From contig NZ_JAQWGB010000106.1 in NCBI RefSeq assembly GCF_029238425.1, positions 9,910 through 73,909 on the forward strand: a stretch of 64,000 nucleotides of DNA, written 5' to 3'. The position numbers were made by a program, and so were the translations under genes. Positions 16,106 through 24,048 of the stretch are shown piece after piece; position 1 is the stretch's first letter, and each line of letters begins with the position of its first letter. The notes under the pieces were generated by a model. The model did no database searches and was not told where the DNA came from. It was given only the letters and a program-made list of their open reading frames with translations. Origin of the DNA: Flavicella sp. Its GTDB lineage: Bacteria > Bacteroidota > Bacteroidia > Flavobacteriales > Flavobacteriaceae.

Positions 16106-17476
16106 CTACGCGTCAAAAACACTAGAAAGAATAACATCTTTAACAGCCACAGCTTCAATATTGTCACTATGATTGTTTTCTGAAATAATGACAGGCATTT
16201 CATTAAAAGGTACATCTACCCTACCATGAGATCCTTGAATCATTTCTCCTTTCAAAGGAATAAAATCGAACAACACTCTAAATCCCATTTTTTTTAGCAA
16301 CAACTTTGCCACAACTTGAAGTTTGATAGCGGTTTTATCAGTATCCAAAAACATTTCTACCGGATCATAACCAGGTTTGTCATGAATCGCTACAGTTCTT
16401 GCAAAATCTGGTGCATTTTTATCGTCCAACCAATAGTAGTAGGTAAACCAAGCATTTGCTTTAGCCACAACCATAAATGCTCCTGATCGATCTTTATGCC
16501 ACAAACCTCTAGAGACTTGTTCCTTTTTATCCAATATTTCTTCAACGCCTTCCGTTTGCTTTAATATTGCCAATACCTCCTGCTCTACTTCAGGTTTACA
16601 ATAAATATGTGCTACTTGATGGTCTGCTACTGCAAACGCATTACTAGTACCCGCATCCAACAATTCTTTATGGTTCTCAGTGCGCACCGCTAAAAGACCA
16701 GATTTTCTGAAAATCCTATTCAAATGAATAGGTGTATCTACTGGAGATATTCCGTATTCTGAAACAACTATTGGGGTTACATTTTTAGCTTCGTAAAAGG
16801 AAATAAGATCTTTTAATACATCATCAATTTCTAAAATATCCTTTTTTACCTGTGGTGAATCCGCCGTATATTTTTGGAAACAGTAATCTAAATGAGGTAA
16901 ATAAATCAATTGCAAAGTCGGATTACACGTGTCATGCACATATTTAGAAGCATCCGCAATCCACTGACTAGATTTTATTGTTGTTCTAGGTCCCCAAAAA
17001 TCAAACAAAGGAAAAACCCCAAATTTGTCTTGTAACTCGTCTCTAAGGTTTGAAGGATGACTATAACAATCTGGCTTTTTTAGCCCGTTAGCTCTATATT
17101 GAGGTCTAGGGGTAACAGAATAGTCAACACTAGAGTACATATTATACCACCAGAACATATTGGCACAAGTAAAATCTTCGTTTTTGATTTTTGCCTCATC
17201 CCAAATATTTGGACTCTCAACCAATTTATTGGATTGTTTCCAAAATTGCACTTCTGATTGCTCTTTATGATACCAACCATTTCCGACAATCCCATGTTCC
17301 GAAGGAGTTTTACCAGTCAAATAAGTCGTTTGCATGGTGCAGGTAACAGCTGGAAGAACAGGAGTAATTGTAGAGACCTTCTTGTTTCTTTTACTCCATT
17401 GTGAGATGAATAAACTTTGGTCCTCTAATATTTTTGTAGTCAATCCAACTACATTAATTACCACTGTTTGCTTCAT
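16106..17476 (-). CDS. eboF: EboF-type alkaline phosphatase / nucleotide pyrophosphatase superfamily protein
   Basis: 456 aa from the ATG at 17476 (MKQTVVINVVGLT..). AP-superfamily features: an N-terminal metal-site threonine context (PAVTCTMQTTYLTG) and LPHLDY. It holds the last position of the ebo order. Confidence 0.8.
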   Translation of the reverse strand: MKQTVVINVVGLTTKILEDQSLFISQWSKRNKKVSTITPVLPAVTCTMQTTYLTGKTPSEHGIVGNGWYHKEQSEVQFWKQSNKLVESPNIWDEAKIKNEDFTCANMFWWYNMYSSVDYSVTPRPQYRANGLKKPDCYSHPSNLRDELQDKFGVFPLFDFWGPRTTIKSSQWIADASKYVHDTCNPTLQLIYLPHLDYCFQKYTADSPQVKKDILEIDDVLKDLISFYEAKNVTPIVVSEYGISPVDTPIHLNRIFRKSGLLAVRTENHKELLDAGTSNAFAVADHQVAHIYCKPEVEQEVLAILKQTEGVEEILDKKEQVSRGLWHKDRSGAFMVVAKANAWFTYYYWLDDKNAPDFARTVAIHDKPGYDPVEMFLDTDKTAIKLQVVAKLLLKKMGFRVLFDFIPLKGEMIQGSHGRVDVPFNEMPVIISENNHSDNIEAVAVKDVILSSVFDA

Positions 17477-17481
17477 TCTTT

Positions 17482-18687
17482 TTAATTTATTTGATTCAAA
17501 ACCCATTCCATTTCCCTAGAGACTGCCGTCGTAATATCTGTTTGCATTTGATCAGGTAACACGTCCCAAGTATACGTTTCTATTTCTAAATGATTCGTAA
17601 AGGCATTGTCCTTCCATAATTTTAAAACTTCAATTAAATCATCTTGAGTAGATTGTAGTTTTTGATAATCTGCAAGAAATATTGGTACATGATAATGTGT
17701 TCTTAATTCCCGAAAAGTAGCACTTTCCATTGCTTCAATGGCAACATCTAAATCGGGAAATTTCCTAAATTCTCCATTTTTAGTTTTTATAATTGCCTGA
17801 TGAAGATAATTTGGTTCATGAAAGGCCAGCAGATGATCTTGCAATTCATTAAGAGCGTAATTCCCATCAATATGACATTTTAAAGCTGAACTCAGTTGTA
17901 ACTTCCCTATTTTTATTTTATGGGTATTCATCAACGAAATAACCTCCGAAGGCTTTTCAAATGCAACAGCAGAATGGCAAATATCAAAACACAACTGAAC
18001 ATGCTCTCTGATCGCTAGTTCAGCTTCTGCCCTAGTACATTCTTTTAAAGTTTGTAATTCTGAAATTCCCTTTCCGATAAGAAATTCATTGTAAAATGCT
18101 ACGAACTCATTTGAATTTTCAATGATCCCATCAGGTTCTGGCTCTATATCTAAATGGAGTGTTTTTCCTGTTTTGGATTTTATGTCCATTAAATGAAAAA
18201 CTACATCTATAATTGCCGAACAAGCTTGCGTTTTTGCTTTCACTAATTCCGATGGGTTATGGTGCCAAAACTTATAAGAAATCGGTGATGTTGAAATCCC
18301 GCCAGTCATTGATTCTGGTAATAATTCACCTAAAATATCAAACAATTGCTTTGTATAATTTTTCCTTGAAATATTTGTCCAATCCGGTGCATGAACTTGA
18401 TCTTTTATCACTTCCCCATGAAAACTACCAAAAGGAAACCCGTTCATAGTATATACATACAGCTGATGTTCTTTTAACCAGGTTTTAAAATTGCGCAAAG
18501 TTTCTTTTTTACTCAATTCCTCAGCAGCAATATTTGACAAACGCAGGCCTATACCGAAAGGAGCATCGGGTGAAATCCTACTTTTAACTTCTAGAATATA
18601 AATCTCCAAGTTTTTAAAAATCTCGCTCCAAGATTCACCTGCATGAATATTTGTACAATAACTTAAATGGCCTGTTCCAATCTTCAT
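17482..18687 (-). CDS. eboE: EboE-type xylose-isomerase-like TIM-barrel protein (metabolite traffic protein EboE)
   Basis: 401 aa. N-terminus MKIGTGHLSYCTNIHAGESW. Its start forms an ATGA overlap with the eboD stop (18684-18687). Confidence 0.8.
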   Translation of the reverse strand: MKIGTGHLSYCTNIHAGESWSEIFKNLEIYILEVKSRISPDAPFGIGLRLSNIAAEELSKKETLRNFKTWLKEHQLYVYTMNGFPFGSFHGEVIKDQVHAPDWTNISRKNYTKQLFDILGELLPESMTGGISTSPISYKFWHHNPSELVKAKTQACSAIIDVVFHLMDIKSKTGKTLHLDIEPEPDGIIENSNEFVAFYNEFLIGKGISELQTLKECTRAEAELAIREHVQLCFDICHSAVAFEKPSEVISLMNTHKIKIGKLQLSSALKCHIDGNYALNELQDHLLAFHEPNYLHQAIIKTKNGEFRKFPDLDVAIEAMESATFRELRTHYHVPIFLADYQKLQSTQDDLIEVLKLWKDNAFTNHLEIETYTWDVLPDQMQTDITTAVSREMEWVLNQIN

Positions 18688-19868
18688 ACGGCATGTAAAT
18701 TTATGACAAAGGTTTTTATAAAGGCAACAGATTCATTTAATTTTTCTTCCTCCATCTCATGAATTTCCCCCCCTTTCCCTATCGATTTTAATAGCATTAT
18801 GGTCAGTTCACCTCCCAAATGCTCTCTAAATTCTTCTAGACCACTTATTAATTCTGGATTTATCGCATTTTTATCCTCAGGATCGAATAATAACTCATGA
18901 TCCAATTGAAAATTCAATTGTTGAAAACATGTTATTATACGTAACATTTCTTCTTTCGTCAAAAATCCTTTAAAGTAAGAATAAGAACTATCTAATACTA
19001 TACCTACTGCAACTGCCTCACCATGTGTGAGTTTGTAATTGGTTAAATACTCCAATTTATGTGCCGCCCAATGCCCAAAATCCAAAGGCCTTGAAGAGCC
19101 TTGTTCAAAAGGATCCCCTGCAGTTCCTATATGCTCTGTGTGCAATTCAGCACATCGGAATATCAAATGCTCAATGGTTTTAGAATCCCTGTTATTTAAA
19201 AGGGTACTATTATTTTCTATCCATTCAAAGAAAGATACATCTTTTATCAAAGCAACTTTTATGGCCTCGGAGATACCAGAACGAAAATCACGATCCGATA
19301 AACTATCTAAAAAGTAGCTGTCATTGATTACAGCAAACGGAGGTTGAAAGGTTCCTAAAAAATTCTTTTTTTCAAAATAATTGAAGGAATTTTTCACCCC
19401 AACACCTGAGTCATTTTGAGAAAGTACCGTGGTCGGAATTCGAATCAATCGAACACCTCTATGAGCAATTGCACTTGCAAAGCCAACCATATCAAGTACA
19501 GCACCACCTCCGACTGAGATAATAAAGGAATGTCTGTCGATTTTCTGAGTATTTAATAATTCTAAGACACTTTCTACAGAGTTCCAATTATTTTTAACCT
19601 TTTCACCACCATCCACGATAAGAGGAGTTCCCATTAAAGTGATATTTTTATGATAGGTTTGAAAATAGGTTTCAATCTTATCTATTAGCTGACGTTGATG
19701 CGCATACAACCCTTGATCCAAAACCACCACAGCTTTTGCCGTTCTTATAGAAGGTACACTTGTCAATACTTCTTTTAAAAATGTATTCTCAGCTCTAAAT
19801 ACATCTTCAGTAAAAGAGATGTTATAATTGAATTGAACTTGAAAGTTTTGTTGTATTACTTTATTCAT
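18684..19868 (-). CDS. eboD: EboD-type 3-dehydroquinate-synthase-like sugar-phosphate cyclase
   Basis: 394 aa. DHQS-fold motifs: GGGAVLDMVGFASA (NAD site), IPTTVLSQNDSGVGVK, and metal ligands in the HTEH and HG.AVA contexts. Confidence 0.85.
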   Translation of the reverse strand: MNKVIQQNFQVQFNYNISFTEDVFRAENTFLKEVLTSVPSIRTAKAVVVLDQGLYAHQRQLIDKIETYFQTYHKNITLMGTPLIVDGGEKVKNNWNSVESVLELLNTQKIDRHSFIISVGGGAVLDMVGFASAIAHRGVRLIRIPTTVLSQNDSGVGVKNSFNYFEKKNFLGTFQPPFAVINDSYFLDSLSDRDFRSGISEAIKVALIKDVSFFEWIENNSTLLNNRDSKTIEHLIFRCAELHTEHIGTAGDPFEQGSSRPLDFGHWAAHKLEYLTNYKLTHGEAVAVGIVLDSSYSYFKGFLTKEEMLRIITCFQQLNFQLDHELLFDPEDKNAINPELISGLEEFREHLGGELTIMLLKSIGKGGEIHEMEEEKLNESVAFIKTFVINLHAV

Positions 19869-19913
19869 AAATTAAACCTAAATAATCTTCTACTTATTTT
19901 CTTTCTACTTCTA

Positions 19914-20801
19914 TTAGGTGACTGCATAACGTTTGGCCACAAAAATTGACAGTGGTAACAAACACAATAAAAGCAATCCATAAACTCCATTTGAAAAGCC
20001 TGCTACATAAATAGCATTTAATGGGATTAAGGATAATACCCCTGTTTTTACAGCATTCTTAATTTTTTCTGGAATATTATTTTTTATCGCTCTTATTTTT
20101 GCATTCAAGTTAATTCCATACCAGAATATTAAAAATGGACTTGATGTAAGAATATCCAAATATCCTTTTAGCATCAAAACAATAAAAAAACCAACTACAG
20201 AAGTATCCAGTAATATAGCTTTAAAAATTGAGTTTTTATTGTGACCATGTGCTTCTTTTTGCCCTACAAGAGTAATAGCAGCAACAAACACCAAAGGAAC
20301 AAAACCAATAAACCACATAGACGAAACAACAGAAGGAACTATACTCATCCCTAATAATAAATTTGCCGATCTACATAACCCCATATTTATAGGCCCTAAA
20401 ACAGTATTATGTTTCGAGAACTTATCATATGACATGGCTAAAGCTGCTGTTGTAGTCGCTAGCATTCCGCTAAAAACAGAGACCAAAAACCCACAACTGA
20501 TTCCTGTTAAAAACAATAGGCTTCCAAAATAAATCGCTTCTTGTTTTGAAATTTTTCCTAATGGAAGCACTCGCTCAGGTCTATTTTTCTTGTCGTCCTC
20601 AATATCAAAAATATCATTAAAAACAATTCCACCCCCATACAAACCTATTGTTGCGAGTATAAGAAGAAAACTGTTCCTCAATAATTCTTCATCAAAAGAA
20701 TTTATTAAAACTCCAGAAATCGCTAAACCTGCAACAATATCTGATATCGCTGTTATGATATTGGCTGGACGAGCCATTTTGATAAAACTACCTAACCTCA
20801 T
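19914..20801 (-). CDS. eboC: EboC-type UbiA-family prenyltransferase
   Basis: 295 aa from the ATG at 20801 (MRLGSFIKMARPANI..). First Asp-rich motif NDIFDIEDD, about 8 TM helices. The start lies 1 nt after the eboB stop (TAAcATG). Confidence 0.85.
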   Translation of the reverse strand: MRLGSFIKMARPANIITAISDIVAGLAISGVLINSFDEELLRNSFLLILATIGLYGGGIVFNDIFDIEDDKKNRPERVLPLGKISKQEAIYFGSLLFLTGISCGFLVSVFSGMLATTTAALAMSYDKFSKHNTVLGPINMGLCRSANLLLGMSIVPSVVSSMWFIGFVPLVFVAAITLVGQKEAHGHNKNSIFKAILLDTSVVGFFIVLMLKGYLDILTSSPFLIFWYGINLNAKIRAIKNNIPEKIKNAVKTGVLSLIPLNAIYVAGFSNGVYGLLLLCLLPLSIFVAKRYAVT

Positions 20802-20802
20802 G

Positions 20803-21708
20803 TTAGTTTTTGATAATATTTGAATACGTTTTTTTGACAAATTCTTGTCCACGTAAAACCGAATTTCCATTCAAAAGTTCCTGCTCTTCAATCTTCATTT
20901 CTGTCAACCAATCTGATTCGTTAAATTGACCGCTCTGTCCGTAAACATCCAATGCATTTTTATAACAAGTTAGGTGCATGTCTTCTTGAGAAACACCTCT
21001 TTCTATCATAAGTGCAGCGGTTTTTGGAACAGCTAATGGGTCACTTACCCCCCAATCTGCCGAACTGTCAACGATAATTCTTTCTGAACCATATTGTTTT
21101 ACAACTTCTACCATTCTTTCATTTCCCATTTTGGTATTTGGGTAAATGGTGAAAGCAGCCCAATATCCTCTGTCTAAAACATCTTTTACTGTTTCTTCAT
21201 TATTGTGATCAATTACAACCATGTTTGGAGCTACACCATGTTCTTTAATGACATCCATACTTCTTATGGTTCCATTTTTCTTGTCTCTATGAGGTGTGTG
21301 AACCATTATCGGTAAATTTAGCTCTTTAGCCAATTCTATTTGCTGTCTAAAGTATTTATCCTCAGCCGCTGTTTGATCGTCATATCCAATTTCACCAATA
21401 GCTACAACTCCCTCTTTGGCTGCATACAATGGTAATAGGTCCATAACTTCCTCTGCCAAAGCTTCATTATTAGCTTCTTTAGAATTCAGTCCAATGGTAC
21501 AATAATGCTTGATACCAAATTGAGAAGCCCTAAAACGTTCCCAATTGACCAAGCTATTAAAATAATCTTGAAAAGAACCAACTGAAGTTCTTGGTTGTCC
21601 CATCCAAAAAGCGGGTTCAATAATCGCAACAATTCCTGCTGCTCGCATCGCTTCGTAATCGTCAGTTGTACGAGAAACCATGTGTATATGTGGATCAATA
21701 AAATGCAT
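20803..21708 (-). CDS. eboB: EboB-type TatD-family metal-dependent hydrolase
   Basis: 301 aa. The HxH motif at the N-terminus (IDPHIHM), IGEIGYD and MVHTPH are typical of the TatD/amidohydrolase fold. Confidence 0.85.
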   Translation of the reverse strand: MHFIDPHIHMVSRTTDDYEAMRAAGIVAIIEPAFWMGQPRTSVGSFQDYFNSLVNWERFRASQFGIKHYCTIGLNSKEANNEALAEEVMDLLPLYAAKEGVVAIGEIGYDDQTAAEDKYFRQQIELAKELNLPIMVHTPHRDKKNGTIRSMDVIKEHGVAPNMVVIDHNNEETVKDVLDRGYWAAFTIYPNTKMGNERMVEVVKQYGSERIIVDSSADWGVSDPLAVPKTAALMIERGVSQEDMHLTCYKNALDVYGQSGQFNESDWLTEMKIEEQELLNGNSVLRGQEFVKKTYSNIIKN

Positions 21709-21725
21709 TGTTAAGTGTTTAAGTA

Positions 21726-22553
21726 TTAAATGTTATAGTATTCTTTTCCTACAGATTCCCAAAACCCTGTATCTGTATTAGTCTGTGTATTATTTAGTTC
21801 CAGTACTTTTGTAGCAACTTTCTTCTCTATGGCATTTTCTGAAGTACAAGCTTTGCTAACTGTTTTTTCTAAATCTTGGTTGATGTTACCCAGCATTAAC
21901 TGCCAAAGTTCTGGAGTGAAATTTCTTCCGGCAGCCCAACGTTCATGAACATAATCATTGGCAACCAAGGCTAATTTTTCATTATTTCTTTCTTGAAGTT
22001 TATAAATTGGATACAATGGGCGATAATTAAAAATACCTTTTAAGACCAATTGATTCCAACTATTTTCAGACAAATATGTCGCTGGGAACGGATTGTAGTG
22101 TGCAATCGCATCATAAATGGTAATTACATTGCTACGAATACCTTCTTCAATAAACGAAATGAAGTCTTCTGAATTTTCTAAAAAATATAGACTTTTATAC
22201 AAATCTTCTTGCTCCTTATCACTTGCTGTGTTTTCAAGAAATTGCAAGGTTTTTTTATTTGTTTTCGGATCCAAGTGCAGCATCAATAAAGCCCTTGTGA
22301 GAGAATGTGTATTCCATCCTTTCGCATGGAATGAAGGATAGATATCTTCCAGAACTGCTAATTCGTTCTCTGAATAAGAAATATCATTTCTAGAAATAAA
22401 ACGATACACCAAACTATAGGCTAACAAAAACTTTTTACCTGTAGCATCTTCATCAATTTTATTAAAATTTGAAGCTAGCCACTCAAATTCTTTATCCGTT
22501 AAATGATGCTTTAATAGCTTTTCTAAAAAAAATACTGTTGAGATTTCCGACAT
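21726..22553 (-). CDS. eboA: EboA-like protein (function unknown)
   Basis: 275 aa, helical, no catalytic motif. Assigned from its position as the first gene ahead of the TatD/UbiA/DHQS-like/TIM/AP series. Confidence 0.7.
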   Translation of the reverse strand: MSEISTVFFLEKLLKHHLTDKEFEWLASNFNKIDEDATGKKFLLAYSLVYRFISRNDISYSENELAVLEDIYPSFHAKGWNTHSLTRALLMLHLDPKTNKKTLQFLENTASDKEQEDLYKSLYFLENSEDFISFIEEGIRSNVITIYDAIAHYNPFPATYLSENSWNQLVLKGIFNYRPLYPIYKLQERNNEKLALVANDYVHERWAAGRNFTPELWQLMLGNINQDLEKTVSKACTSENAIEKKVATKVLELNNTQTNTDTGFWESVGKEYYNI

Positions 22554-22775
22554 ATTCCTTTCCCTTCTTGGAGGTTCTATTCTAATTTATTGTATCTGAT
22601 ATTATGAACAACCACCACTTAAGTCCTTAAAATTACTTTGATATAATTAAATAATCAAATGGTTTCCATAAAAAATGCAGAACTAATTCTATCTTTTATT
22701 TAATCCGTTATTTTTTAAGGAAATATCAGTGCTTAATCGTTTAAGCAAAATCGATCCTAAATAGTAAAATCAATT

Positions 22776-22810
22776 AAAAATCCGACAGTTTATGTACTAT
22801 CGGATTTTTT
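22776..22810. terminator. Hairpin terminator separating the ferritin-like operon from the ebo operon
   Basis: AAATCCGACAGT / ACTATCGGATTT stem (one mismatch) flanked by an A5 run and a T6 run. Confidence 0.55.
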
Positions 22811-22866
22811 CTATTTTACTTACTAAAAACAGTAGTAACAAATATCATGCTAAAAAACTAAACAGT

Positions 22867-24030
22867 TTATTCCTGTGCTACTTCTAATGAAAACTTCTCA
22901 CTTTCGCTCAAGTCTTGTGAAACCACATATTCATAACTCGGACCTGCCACAAAACCAGGATTATTTGGATCTGGTAAAGCCATAAGTTTCAATGCATATA
23001 ATCTCAATGCATACATAGATCCCATGGCGTTGCTCAATTTATCTGGCTGACCATTAAAGGTTTCATGCAAACTATTCAATAAATTGGTATAGTTATAGTT
23101 GAACAATTTACTATTTAGATAAGCTAAAGAGTTTACGGAATAATCACTCATTTTTGGGTTTTCCGTCATATTTGGAACCTCATTTGCATAAAACGGTATT
23201 TCATCACCTCCATAAGAATACCCTACTTCAGATGAACTGTCTTTGATCAATTCTTTACCCGCATAGATTTCACCGAATCTATAATAATGCGCTGGTTCAT
23301 TTGCGGTATCCCCATCAATATCCGCTTCCACAAAAGGATCTGTCGTACTTCCTTCCCCTTGATCTACAATTATTTCTATCGCTCTTTTTGCGGTTTCTAA
23401 ATCCGTAATAGCAAATAATTCTGATTCAGGAAACCAATTAGGATTCACAACTTGCTTGCTCATAGCTCCACAAAATATAGTTTCACCTTTTAGCTTTGCA
23501 ACAATTTCATAAATTTCTAAAAGCAGTGTAATATATTCATAATATTCACCTATTGTTAAATTGTCTTTTGCTTCTAATTCTGAAACTCTCTGCTCTAACT
23601 GAGATTTCAAATCTGAATTTGCCAATAATTTGTTAGACGATATTTTGATATCAATCGGATGCTCAGGTTCCTCTATCACCATAAAAACATCTTTAACCAA
23701 GGATTTAGAAAATTTTGCAATAGGTACCGTTAAACCAGATTCAACTCCACCAGGTAAAGGTCCAGGATATGTAGGAACAAATCCTTTTTCATTCAAAACA
23801 GGGGAACCATCTATGGCATTCAATAAGTTACAAGCAATGGTCAAATGAAGCATTTCTTCAATCACAACGGAATGAATCAAACCTGCTATTTTAGTGTTCT
23901 TTGTATTTGCCAATGAAAACATTGCTGTCAAATACGGAGGAATTGTTGCATGCTCTAATTCAATCGCAGTCTGTATAGAATCTTTAAGTTTTTTAAGAGA
24001 ATCTATCTTTTTATTTTTAAGTAAAATCAT
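22867..24030 (-). CDS. Ferritin-like domain protein (VioB/RebD-related ferritin-like family), putative di-metal enzyme
   Basis: 387 aa. AIELEHATIPPYL and VIEEMLHLTIACNLLNA give two ExxH helices. No signal peptide and no TM segment. Confidence 0.65.
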   Translation of the reverse strand: MILLKNKKIDSLKKLKDSIQTAIELEHATIPPYLTAMFSLANTKNTKIAGLIHSVVIEEMLHLTIACNLLNAIDGSPVLNEKGFVPTYPGPLPGGVESGLTVPIAKFSKSLVKDVFMVIEEPEHPIDIKISSNKLLANSDLKSQLEQRVSELEAKDNLTIGEYYEYITLLLEIYEIVAKLKGETIFCGAMSKQVVNPNWFPESELFAITDLETAKRAIEIIVDQGEGSTTDPFVEADIDGDTANEPAHYYRFGEIYAGKELIKDSSSEVGYSYGGDEIPFYANEVPNMTENPKMSDYSVNSLAYLNSKLFNYNYTNLLNSLHETFNGQPDKLSNAMGSMYALRLYALKLMALPDPNNPGFVAGPSYEYVVSQDLSESEKFSLEVAQE

Positions 24031-24048
24031 AATATTATAAGGTTGTTT

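Noticed and set aside
17477-17506. 25-nt overlap of eboF with eboE (start at 17506)
   Set aside because: The internal ATG at 17476 (MKQTVVINVVGL) fits the usual AP-superfamily N-terminus and removes the overlap. The longer form cannot be fully excluded.
20802-20870. 68-nt overlap between the eboB and eboC ORFs as listed in the track
   Set aside because: It is an artefact of the longest-ORF rule. The eboC ATG at 20801 sits 1 nt after the eboB stop and precedes the first TM helix, giving normal translational coupling.
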